NCBI GenBank assembly: GCA_011109175.1
Contig: RDEW01000011.1
Span: forward strand, 1,298,209-1,362,208
Source: Dicyema japonicum
Lineage: Eukaryota > Animalia > Dicyemida
DNA length: 64,000 nucleotides
Reading direction: 5' to 3'
The position numbers and the translations under genes are program-made. This document shows positions 52,591 through 63,389 of the stretch, piece after piece. Every line of letters begins with the position of its first letter. The first letter of the stretch is position 1. Under the pieces are notes generated by a model. That model did not search any database, had not been told where the DNA came from, and saw only the letters and a list, made by a program, of their open reading frames with translations.

Positions 52591-53145
52591 TTGGATTTAA
52601 GTGTTGGTTTGGTAGTTGGGGTCAAGTAATTATTGAAGACCAGTGGGAGTTTTGTATCTGCTATAGTTTCTGCTGAAGTGACTAATATGCAAAAGTCCCT
52701 TGGGAGGAATATTAACCGTCATCCTGAGAATTGACTCTTATAAGGGATTGAGACTTTCTTTAGGTTGGCTGTGTAAGTGACTTTAATGCGGAGATGATGG
52801 ATCTCTGTTAAGCTGGAGAGACTGATCGAATACTTAATTTTTGGCTGATCTACCTAGAAAATAGTCCCTCAGTGTTAACAAAGACAAGACGGACTCAACA
52901 TAAGTAGAAAGAAATCCACATAACTCGATGTTCAGTTTTACAACTTTTGAAGCCCTTAACGTTGGGAATTGGAGAGCAAAAAAGATTAGGGAGAAGGCTG
53001 GAATCTTTTAAGATGTTACTTACCAGATTGGTTTAACATAATCTCAAATAGTGAAATCTACAAAAGTACACATGCAAACCGATATCTGGCGACTATTAGG
53101 ATGTCTTGTAGGATGTACACCTAAAACACTGAAAATTAAGTTGAA

Positions 53146-53213
53146 AACCGCGAACGTCTGGATTCTGATATCACTGAATAACGGTCGAAAAGCTGGGCAA
53201 TCGATATAAGTAT
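53146..53213. repeat. 68-bp direct repeat, copy 1
   Basis: aaccgcgaacg-tctggattctgatatcactgaataacggtcgaa...atcgatataagtat; 33-bp core identical to copy 2. Confidence 0.9.
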
Positions 53214-53224
53214 TTTATTTATTA

Positions 53225-55870
53225 TTATTTAACCCAAAGAAACACATTCTTAACCACCAACTAATATTCAGGTGATCCCGGCATCTCTCAATAATATTTT
53301 TTCTCGATACTCCGACCGTGACCCCACACATTTTCTATACGGACGGGGGTCTTTTTTCTCTCCTCTTCTGAAAATGCCTACAGCTGCCTCTATGAGAGAT
53401 TCAAATGTTCTGGGGGCAATTTCTTTATCTGTATATTCTTCCAGTAACTTTATTGCTCTTGACTGGATCTCTTGAATTTTTGTTAGGTTTGTTGCCGACA
53501 GGTTAGATCCCCACGCAGCACATGCATAGCATATTGTTGGCTCGATATACTGCTTGTAGAGGGTCTCAATACCTGGCGGATAAATTCCTCTACATTTCCA
53601 AAAAGGCTTTTACAAAATTGATCTTATTTGCACAGGTTGATAGAGTGACTGTTGACTTTCCGGAACATGAATTTAATTGATTTTCTCACAACCATTCATA
53701 TATGTTATTTAGTATTCCTTGTAATCTTTCTTTAGCATGTTCGACGTTTACGTCCTAGGTGCGACAACTATGTCATCGGCATAAGAAAGTGGCACGTCAT
53801 TATTATTCATAGGAACAGGGAGTTCATTCAGAAACAAATTAAAGAGGATTGGTGACAAAGGAGATCCCCGGGGTACACCATTGGGTAACAATCTCGATCT
53901 GGAACACTTGTTTCCGAAGCACTCTTTTCCTCGGCGTTTACTTAAGAAATTTGTTATCTATGACTTAAGTGGTGCAGCAATTTTTATCAACAATAATTTT
54001 TGTATGAGGATCTTCTTTAGGACAGACTCGAACTTTTTGAATGACCGATTTTTCCTGTTTTAGCTTGTTCTTGTGTCCTTCAGTTATGAACTTCAGTAGT
54101 GTTGTTAGGAAGGAGGTTGTTGATAATCCTTCCTTGAAGGCATGTAGGAATGTAGGTTGTGGGAGAGGGGCAAATAAGTTTTAGGACCAGTTTCCCAGGA
54201 TTCTCGACAAAACATATATAAGGGAGACTGGACTGTAAGAGCCGGAATCGTTCTTCGGTCTTCCCGGTTTCAATATTGGACGAATTTTTGATAGTTTTCT
54301 ATAAAGTCGATATGATATTTATGTTTAGCGATGTGTTGTAGATGATTGTCATTTATTGATGGTGGGCCCAAGTGTCAGCAGAACAAGGGAATTCCGTCTG
54401 GGCCACATGAGTTTGTTTTTTTGATTTGATGTTGCTTTGGATACATCTTTAGGAAAAAATAAGTCAGCGGGGCCATTTTGGATGGCTTTCTCTTTATTTT
54501 CGATTGTGTGTTAATCTTTTTGTAAGGAATGTGACTGATTTGGATAGAATGTTTCATAATTTTATTCAGAATGATCTGGAATTGTTCTTTGTTATCTTCG
54601 GTTTCTGGTTTCTTCGGACGCCTCAATATCTTCCGTATGTTGGAAATCGAGGTCTGATTATTCATAGCAACAAACATTCGCATGGGTTTCTTCCTTCGGA
54701 CTTTGTTCATACTATTTGTGATCAGAATGTTTAGTGCCCTGATTCGATTAGTGACCTCTCCTGATCAATGTGTCATTCTCTTAAGGGTGCTTCTTTCGAT
54801 AATTATTTTCTTTGTATTTGAGTCGTATTTTAATTATTCGTTTTTTATATATGTTTTTCTGACAAAAATATTTCTCCCATCAATGATTGTTTTGTTAAAA
54901 GAGTATACAGTTCTGTCTATGGAGGAGAAATTTTCAGGGTGAAATTTTGCAGTTTTGAATCAACAAAATTTATTTCATTTTTGTAATCATAGAAATTAAT
55001 AGGCTTCGGTACAAAACATGGTTCCCAGTTCAGCGTTATTATCATTGAATGGTGATTATACCGGCGGTCATAACGGATCGTCCAATTTATGATAGGGGAA
55101 TAACGAGGCGAGCAGATTGATAAGTCCGGAGTTGTCACCATCTCCTTCGTGTTGTATGGTGTCATAGTGTTCTTTTTCTGAATGTTGATGATTATTAAGC
55201 TTTGCACTTGGGATAATAGTAGGTTTATTTTGTTATCAGCGGCCTAGTAGCCGAAACAAGAAAAGTGCTTCGCATTCAGGTCTCCACATAAAAACAAGTT
55301 CTTAAATTTGTTCGAGGTCAACAGGTAAAAGCAGAAATTTTTCTCGCAGGAGCCCGGTGGAGGGACATAAACATTCGCACTTTCAATTTTTCCAATGGAA
55401 GTTCCAACAGAAATTCCAATTAGCTCAGTGTTCTAGTCTTATATTAGGATCTTGTAAAGAGAAAGGTTCTCCTGAGGTATTTCATTCCTTTTCTTACAAG
55501 AGTCAGTAGACTACATCCTTGGCAAGATGTACGGTCGGATCTAATTTTGTTGTATCTATTAAATAGATAACTAGGAGTGTTATTTGAAAGCTTCGTTTTC
55601 TGGAGAAAGCAAATATCTACTCTGTTCCTCTCCAAGAATAAGGAAAGTTCGGCAATCCTTCCTCTGATCCCGTTTATGTTTACGCTTTGGATTGTTAACT
55701 TAGTTGGGCCTGGATTTTGTTCCACGGTCTCCTAAGGTCAACAGTTTCAATCTATTAAATGTTCCAACATTGAGAAAATGCCGTCCAGTGGAAAGTCCTC
55801 TGGTTGGTAGGGAGCAAATGGTTCTTTTTAGATATAGTTTAGACTATAGAAACGGTGAACCACATGACGC
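53225..55870 (-). mobile_element. Near full-length APE-type LINE with an N-terminal 2A-like motif
   Basis: 5' motif gcgtcatgtggttcacc; LLTLGD(+1)VEQNPGP; APE (QSVNINGI, LCGDLNAKH); RT (CGPDGI, GVPRGSPLSPILFN, YADD); ends in a gggatcacc (GIT) terminus plus (AAT)-rich tail. Confidence 0.85.
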
Positions 55871-55889
55871 ACGTTAATTAAAATAATTT

Positions 55890-55956
55890 AACCGCGAACG
55901 ATCTGGATTCTGATATCACTGAATAACGGTCGAAGAGCGGAAATCGATATAAGTAT
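55890..55956. repeat. 68-bp direct repeat, copy 2
   Basis: Same sequence as 53146-53213 with a few differences. Confidence 0.9.
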
Positions 55957-58692
55957 AATTTAATATCATGCATTTTATTTTATTTTTAATTTATTGGAGT
56001 CTGTGGAGTCTTCTTTCACCTCGGGTGTTTGAAGCTCTCTCAGGCCTCTATCCGTGCTCTTGGGGTATGGCACTGCCGCTCGTGCCTTGGAATTGGTTCG
56101 GGGTTTCCTAATGGTCACGCGAGTGCATGTACCTCCGGGGAAAACCTTTCCCATTTGGATCCAGATTCGCTGCTCAAAATTATCAATGAACGCCGGTCAT
56201 CGAGGAGTATCCCGGTGAAGATCCCTAAAGCAGCCCGCCCCCTAGCTGTCGAAGGCTTAACCAAAGCAATCGACGATGCACTCCGCTCCGACTCTATAAA
56301 CGACTGGATACGTTTGTTTAATTTTGCTCCTTTCGCTCTTGACTCCTCTAGAGATCGCAATGGGAAGAGTCTCTCTCGATTGAGATGAAGAACAACATCC
56401 GCGCATTTATGGATGGAACTCACTTTACGGACCTCACGTCCTTCTGCATCCGTTCAACTGAGATTCGGAGTTCAACTCGGGAAACGGAGATTCTTCGCCT
56501 AAGAAAGACCGTACGATCGAAGTTGCTTGAAGGAGGAACCCGATCCGCATTGAAGGCCCTCTCACTCTCAGATGGACCACGCAATCCAACCATTGATACT
56601 TACAAGACGCTATTGGGGAAACATCCACCCTCTCCGAATGACCTACGCCATTGCTCGCCCCATCAGAAGCGACCCCTTTGACCACGTCGCCTGAGGATGT
56701 CATCACGGCGTTATGGAACTTTGCACCAAGTAGCTGTGGAGGTCTCGATGGCTTAAGGCCCGGCCATCTTAAAGACCTTATTTCACCGACTATTGGAGAC
56801 CAAGCAAGTCGTCTTTCATACTCACTCACTTCTCTTATGAACAGGATATTATCTGGACATTTGCCTGATTTGATACGTCATATCTTGTTTTCGGCTAGTC
56901 TGATTGCCGTCGACAAGAAGGGAGGTGGAATCCGCCCGATCGCGGTCGGATTCACTTTCAGAAGACTAGCAGCCAAGATTGCTTCCAGATTTTCTACGTC
57001 AATCTTGTCAAAATCCTTACTTCCCAGTCAAGTTGGAGTCGGAGTTCGTCTTGGATGTGAGGCAGCCGTTCACTCCGTCAGAAGATTCAGGAACAGCAGC
57101 ATTCAAGACTTTAAAAGGCACATTATGGTAAAACTGGACATCAAGAACGCTTTTAACAGCTTAAGAAGAGACTGCATTCTGGAGGCCTGCAAGGAAAGAT
57201 GTCCGTACATATTTGAACTGGTCAATTATTCATACGGAAAACCTTCATCACTATTGCACGGGGATTTCATAGTTCCATCGTCCTCAGGTGTTCAACAGGG
57301 CGACCCCCTCGGACCACTGCTGTTCTCCCTCGGCATTGAGAGGATCACGAAGCTCTCTAGATGCCCACTCAACATCTGGTACCTCGATGACGCTGTCTTA
57401 GGAGGTCCCCCGGAAACGGTCTTCCAGGACTTAGAAGTACTCACCCCCGCGCTGTCCGAGGTGGGTCTTCAGTTGAATATAACGAAATGTGAAATAACAA
57501 ACTGTGGTCTTGCTGACGATGACTTCTCTTCAATTGTTCAAAAATTTTACTCCTTGTTTCCCGGTGGGATTTCGACCCCTGAAAATGAATTGATTTTTCT
57601 TGGATCCCCGATCACTAGTAATGCGATGAAGCATGTCCTCCTTGACAAAAAACGACTCCTATGCGATTCGCTGGAAAGATTACAGCTGCTGGACTTGCAC
57701 ACAGCACTATTCCTATTGAAAAGAAGTCTCAACATCCAGAGAATCTCCTATCTACTAAGGACAGCTCCATATTATTCTCAACTGGAGCTGCTCGAGAATT
57801 TTGATTTGTCTCTCCTCAGCTCGACGGAGCAAATATTTAATGTCCGATTCGACGATGATACATGGATGCAGGCTACACTCCCAGTTAGATTCGGGGGTCT
57901 TGGAATCCGTCGAACTTTGGACGTCTCACTTCCCGCTCATTTATCATCACTCACGGCCTGCGAACCTTTGGTCAGGAGGATTCTACACTCCCCACCCGAA
58001 TTCTCAACTGACCAAGAGATAATCCACGCACGAGAAGCCTGGAATGCCACCAACCTCCCCCTGCCCCTTCCCAAGATCGCCAGCGAAACCTGGACAACTT
58101 ATTATGCTGGAAATCATTTGGACTCCTACTAGAATCTGCCAATCAGCACCGACGCGCTTGTTTGCTTTCGGGGGCTTCCCCTGAGAGCGGAGCTTGGCTA
58201 AACGCCATCCCCAATGGAGCTTTGGGCACTTTTCTGGATGATGAATGCGTTAGAACTGGTATCTCTCTGCGGCTGGGACTAAAAGTATGTGTACCTCACC
58301 CGTGCCGATGTGGCATCCTGATAGACTGCTATGGCCTGCACCCTCTCGCCTGCAGGAGGAGCGCTGGCAGATCCCCAAGGCACAAGGCTCTGAATGAAAT
58401 TGTCAGGCGAGCTATGGATGCTGCTGGATACTCGGCCATTCTTGAACCGGTCGGGTTATGCAGAAGTGACGGGAAACGACCGGACGGGATGACCATATTT
58501 CCATTTGAGGCCGGGAAACCACTGGTTTGGGATGTGACATGTACAGACACGTTCGCCCAGAAAAATCTTCACGAGAGTGCTACAAGGGCCTGTTCAGCAT
58601 CCGTAAAGGCGGAGAAGGCCAAACTCGTTAAATACGCCGACCTTCCCGATGATGTCAAATTTGTTCCCCTTGCTATGGAGACTTCCGGATCC

Positions 58693-59942
58693 GGAGTGCG
58701 GAAAAAAAAGTCAAGTCCGTAAGCGGAAAAAAATCAAGTTGTCTTTTTTTTAGTTTATATCGCATTTTTGTGATACTACTAGCATCTTTTAATTTTTAAA
58801 AATTTTTTCAATACTTGACTTTTTTTCCGCTTGACTTTTTTTCCATTTTTGAAAATTTTTCCCTTATAAATTTTCGAAATTTAGCGCAAAACGGAAAAAA
58901 GTCAAGTCCGCTAACGAAATCACGGACTTGACTTTTTTCCGTTTATAAATTAAGATTTTTATTCATGATCGTTTCATTTAAAAGTAAGCGAGTTTAGAAT
59001 AACAAATTATTTAAATAGTTAATTTTGGCTAATGTTAATGAATTAAAATGTCCCGCCACAACTAAAACTACACGTGGTGGAAATAAATTCTAAAAATAAT
59101 TTTTTCTACTTTTAAAATTTTTTTAAAATGTTATAAACATATGATTTTTATTTAACGTGAATCAAGGGATTATTTAATGTGAATCAAAAGAATATTTAAT
59201 ATTCCATGCAATTGCTTTTAGGGCTTCTCCTACTGTTTTTTCCGTCCTGGCGATCCAGACATATATTTAAAAGTTTTTTTTGTCTATCAATCTTTTTTTA
59301 TTTGTTCTTGTTGAAATTCTTTTTCCAAAGGAATTAAAATCCGTATATTGATTAAGTCAAAAAAGATTAAACCAAGCGAAAAAAGTCAAGGTCAAAAAGA
59401 TTAAACCAAAAGCGAAAAAAGTTAAGTCAATTTTATTATATTAGGAATCCTTGGCCCCCAAGCAGATGAGTTGGTTCGTAAGATCGGCTCCATGATTCAA
59501 GCTGTGACCAAGGATCCGCAAGAGACTAGTTGGTTCCGAGAACGTATCTCGTTGGCTATTGTTAGGGGAAATAGCATGGCCATTCAGATGCCTTAATTTA
59601 ATTTTTATTCATTTGATAATAAAAAAAATTTTTATTATTACCTTAAATTCTTAAATTGATTTAGTCAAAGCGATTATACCAAAGCGGAAAAAAAGTCAAG
59701 TTTGTGATTTCGTTAGCGGACTTGACTTTTTTTCCATTTTGCGCTAAATTTCGAAAATTTATAAGGGAAAAATTTTCAAAAATGGAAAAAAAGTCAAGCG
59801 GAAAAAAAGTCAAGTATTGAAAAAATTTTTAAAAATTAAAAGATGCTAGTAGTATCACAAAAATGCGATATAAAACTAAAAAAAGACATCTTGACTTTTT
59901 TTCCGCTTGACTTTTTTTCCACTTGACTTTTTTCCTACAACC
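58693..59942. mobile_element. Merlin-like non-autonomous TIR element (MITE/foldback)
   Basis: 8-bp TSD CCGGATCC (58685-58692 / 59943-59950); GG...CC termini; ~250-bp TIRs with repeated GGAAAAAAAGTCAAG motifs; CRE sequence is continuous across the insertion when compared with 972-1251. Confidence 0.85.
59445..59600 (+). mobile_element. 3' end of another CRE subfamily, inside the MITE
   Basis: GILGPQADELVRKIGSMIQAVTKDPQETSWFRERISLAIVRGNSMAIQMP*. Confidence 0.75.
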
Positions 59943-60299
59943 CCGGATCCTACTCCCCCTCTACACTCGAGTTTTCGGACGTCTTGGAAACCGGATCACC
60001 TCATGCACTGGAGATCTCCGCGAACGCCGCTGGCTATTTGAGCGAATTTCGCTCGCAATTTTGAGAGGGAACAGCCACGCGGTGAGAGCGGCAACTACCT
60101 GACTTCTATTGTTTAAATTAACCTAAAAATATAAAAAAAAAAAAAAAATTTATTATTATTAGAGGATTCAGAAAGGATTTAATTTTTTTTAATGATTTTT
60201 ATTAAATAAAAGTGAGTCGTGGCTTTTTAGTGTAGTCAGACGTCGCAGCGATTTTATTTTATTGAATTTCAATATCAAGCAGAAAATAGTCAGAAATTA

Positions 60300-61300
60300 A
60301 CAGAACATTGAGTGGTTATCTCCATGACTGTTCTTTTATTGAACATCAGAACTAAAAGAGAAAAGTGATCATTTTTACAACAATACGGAAAATCCTGTCA
60401 GTCTGATATCATCTTGGTTCCTTCGAAGACTCCTTTCTTGAATGTCATATAAGTCTTATAGCTTCATTTTAGCTCCTTAGGACCTCGCGAACTGCGACAG
60501 AGAGTGTGTATGATTCATATCGATATCAGCGAATGCACTCAAGGTATGTTATATCCAAATAATTCCCACTTCACATTTTCCATGGCTGGGACTCACATAT
60601 TAAGTAGATCCTTCTTGAGCCCATATTTTCACGCTTTTGTTTCTCATTTTGTTTCTGGCTGATTCCCCAAGTCCCACAGCTGTATAATAACACTAGAAAG
60701 ACATATTCATTGTAGTGATCCAAGTTAAAGACACGTGCGAGTATCTCACCCGTTACGATTGTAGTTTCTGTGATGCTAATAGTGCTTGGATTTGCCTATT
60801 TGTACATCTTCTTGGTCTCCAAGTAATTATCCCAACTTTTAAACTTCAGCCTTCGTCATTTGATTTAGTCTTACAAGATCTGTCTTCTTTACTGTTACAA
60901 AATCTGTCTCCTCCAAGTTCTCCCTTAGTTACCACTACTCAAATATATGTCAGTTCTGGATACTGAGGAGGGGGTATACTTTGATCCTAGATCACACTGA
61001 CAGCCTCCAGATAAACGGAAAAAGATTAAAGATAGGGAATCACCTTGGAGCATTCAAGCGTTAGCATTGATCTCCCAAAAGTTGATCCTGAGACAGATGG
61101 ATAGTATGAAGTTACTCTAGTAGAACAAGGAGCAGAGTAAATTAAACTTCGACTAACTAGGAGAATCGAAGCATTTCTAATATGTGACGCTAAACTATCT
61201 CAGTTGTTTTGAGTTGTCCCCTAATTCCGGAATAACCATGATTCTGACAGCGAAAGTGTAATTCTTGGTTGCTTCTGAAAAGGACGATATAAAATTATAA
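60300..61300 (-). mobile_element. Decayed RTE-like LINE
   Basis: LLGDQEDV and LLYSCGTWG remnants, as in the RTE copies at 6735-9230 and 43560-44420. Confidence 0.65.
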
Positions 61301-61457
61301 CTATTTGGGTGTGGTCAGAAATTTTCCTGATACGTGAATCACATACATCCCCGCCACTTTCGTGAATTAAAACAAAAACCGACCACCATGTTAACATTCT
61401 TATTTGAACAGAATCGGACAATCTCCATTCACACATTTTTCTTTCTGTCTTCTAGAC

Positions 61458-61577
61458 CAGTGGTCTCCAACCAGTGGGCCGTAGACCAATTTGTACCGGG
61501 CTGTTGTTAGTACGAGTAAACAATCTACCACCAAATCGCGGTAAAATTCTCGGCAACAAAAAGGTCGAGGACCACTG
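61458..61577. mobile_element. 120-bp hAT (Buster-type) MITE
   Basis: TIRs CAGTGGTCTCCAACC / GGTCGAGGACCACTG; TSD TTCTAGAC / TTCTATAC (7 of 8 match). Confidence 0.75.
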
Positions 61578-61589
61578 TTCTATACGACC

Positions 61590-61735
61590 AGAATTCGAAT
61601 TACCTTTCCGTCTTCGAGTCCTGCACCACATCAAATACACCTGGCGGATCTCTGGGAGCGTCCGTTCTTGGGTGTGACTTTCCAGTTAGTCAATGGTTTT
61701 CTTCACTTGAAGGGAACGGGGGTAAATAAATAAAA
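61590..61735 (+). repeat. 3' part of the short element seen at 22550-22826
   Basis: ggatctctggga...cttcac(t/tt)gaaggga(c/a)cgggg plus A-rich tail in both. Confidence 0.65.
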
Positions 61736-62247
61736 CCTTCCTCCTATGAAATAAGTTTTGGTCAAAATTCATCTCACTGCGGTGAAAAGACCTAGTGATT
61801 TTCACCTCCTACAATAATGTCTCCCAAGTCTATAGAATTGACACCATTTTACCCCCATAAACGAAATTTAAACCTAACCAGAAGCTTAATTGTATCGAGT
61901 TTGGCACGAATTCTCACAACTTTATGTGGATTGTAGAGAGTTTCCACTTCCATTCAACAAAACAAGAAATTTCGTTCTTTAGTAATCCAAAAGAACGTCA
62001 GATTCATTCCTCTTTCTATACCAACCTCCATTCATTGAAGCATTAAAGTCACAGGGTCAAATAAAACAGAGGGCCACACCTCTACAAATCCTCCAAAAAT
62101 AAGAACACGTGGCTGTTTAATATAGGCAATGATTCCCGAAGAACACTAAAAGTTAAGGATTAATCGTAGTAGCATTAAAATTATTCAAAGCGGGAAAATA
62201 AAGTAAGATTTACAAATGAATTGATAAAGCGGGAAATTTAAATAAAA

Positions 62248-62804
62248 TTAACAAGAAATATTTTTCGTCATCGAATAGGCGTCCTCTCCGTCAGCATAAT
62301 ATTTGGGCTCCAAATGAGTCACTCTAGAATTTCTAAATAAGCCAACTCGAAGCCCAAAGTATTTTTGTATAAATTGAAAGCAGCTCTATTCGTGATTCGC
62401 ACGTGGAGAGTTAACTCCTTTGCGCCAAATGATTCACCCATTGCACGCGATGACAACTCCATCAGTTTACGAGCCAGTCCTGACTTCCTGTGAGATCTTT
62501 GGACTGCCAAGGACGTAATATGACCACGTGGTGGATTTATTGTCTCCTCGTCCCTAAACTATTCCCAAAACAATAACATTTTGGCTAGAGAATAACCGAC
62601 AATTTCTCCGTCAGATTCCGCGACGTATGAAATCTAAGAAATGACAACCCACCATGCCTGAGGCCACGATAGGAGATGATACATGTAGTACTTTATTTGA
62701 TAGTTCTCAGGGAGGCACAGAAGATTACAGTGCTGTATTTTAAGCAAGTCGTTGACCTATCACAGTCATTATTAAATTACTTCAGCTCGACGGAGAATAA
62801 GCAT
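62248..62804 (-). CDS. NAA10: N-alpha-acetyltransferase 10 (NatA catalytic subunit)
   Basis: MLILRRAE|[24 protein letters not shown]...SWPQ|ISYVAE...AKM|DEE...GHITSLAV...LGFE|[18 protein letters not shown]; four introns of 24, 24, 24 and 23 nt; no frameshift. Confidence 0.95.
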
Positions 62805-62869
62805 AACAGCACGAGATAATTGTATTTAAATTTATTGTTTTAAATATATTAATGGTTGTAATTATTTAT

Positions 62870-63380
62870 TATATTATCCATGTTTTCCGTGGACTTGCTC
62901 ATATCCTGGGTTTCATGTGGTCTTGTGAAGGAAACTGCAGACAATCGTGACCAACAGACCCACCTTCTCTACCTTGCAGGCAACTATTTATTAGTTTGCC
63001 CGGTAGTGGCTACGGGATGAGCGCCAAGCTTAAGTTTGCAGTTCATTATGCAGTAGAAACTGAGAGATCATTCTAATATTCATCAAACCATAAGCTACGG
63101 ATGCGTCCAGTGCATAATTACCATAACCTTATAGGAGTTTTTCGGCTTCGTAATGATTCAACATTTTTGACACCATCGTTAGGAAAACGAATGGGCGAAA
63201 CACCGGGAGCGGTTGGAAGAATAGTAAAGGATCCATCAAAATCGGGAATTCGGTTGCGACGCGGTTCATGGATCCCGGAAACTGAAATGATTTTCACATC
63301 GCCTGGGAAATGCCATCGCATGCAGCAAATAACACTGTCTTCTGCAGTTGGAACCTTACTATTTGTTAGTATTTGCTGTT
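62870..63380 (-). CDS. Possible 3' part of an unidentified gene
   Basis: Coding-like GC content, ORF 63118-63321, candidate 27-nt intron, aataaa just upstream of NAA10; truncated by a LINE. Confidence 0.25.
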
Positions 63381-63389
63381 AGTTAGTTA

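Larger units (their letters stand above)
55990..60140 (+). mobile_element. Near-complete CRE-clade (RLE-type) non-LTR retrotransposon
   Basis: N-terminal Cys/His motif (CRSC...HASAC), RT (KLDIKNAFN, GVQQGDPLGPLLF, WYLDD), CRCG...H...C knuckle, RLE KRPDG...WDVT...E; poly(A) tail near 60130-60147; interrupted at 58693. Confidence 0.92.

Noticed and set aside
55960-56000. CRE element specifically targeting the 68-bp repeat or an SL gene
   Set aside because: Other CRE copies (e.g. 972-1251) sit in unrelated AT-rich sites; adjacency alone is insufficient
12660-59942. Microsporidian origin, suggested by R4-like LINE and Merlin-like element types
   Set aside because: ANKAR, PHKG, SLC6 and dense introns do not fit microsporidia
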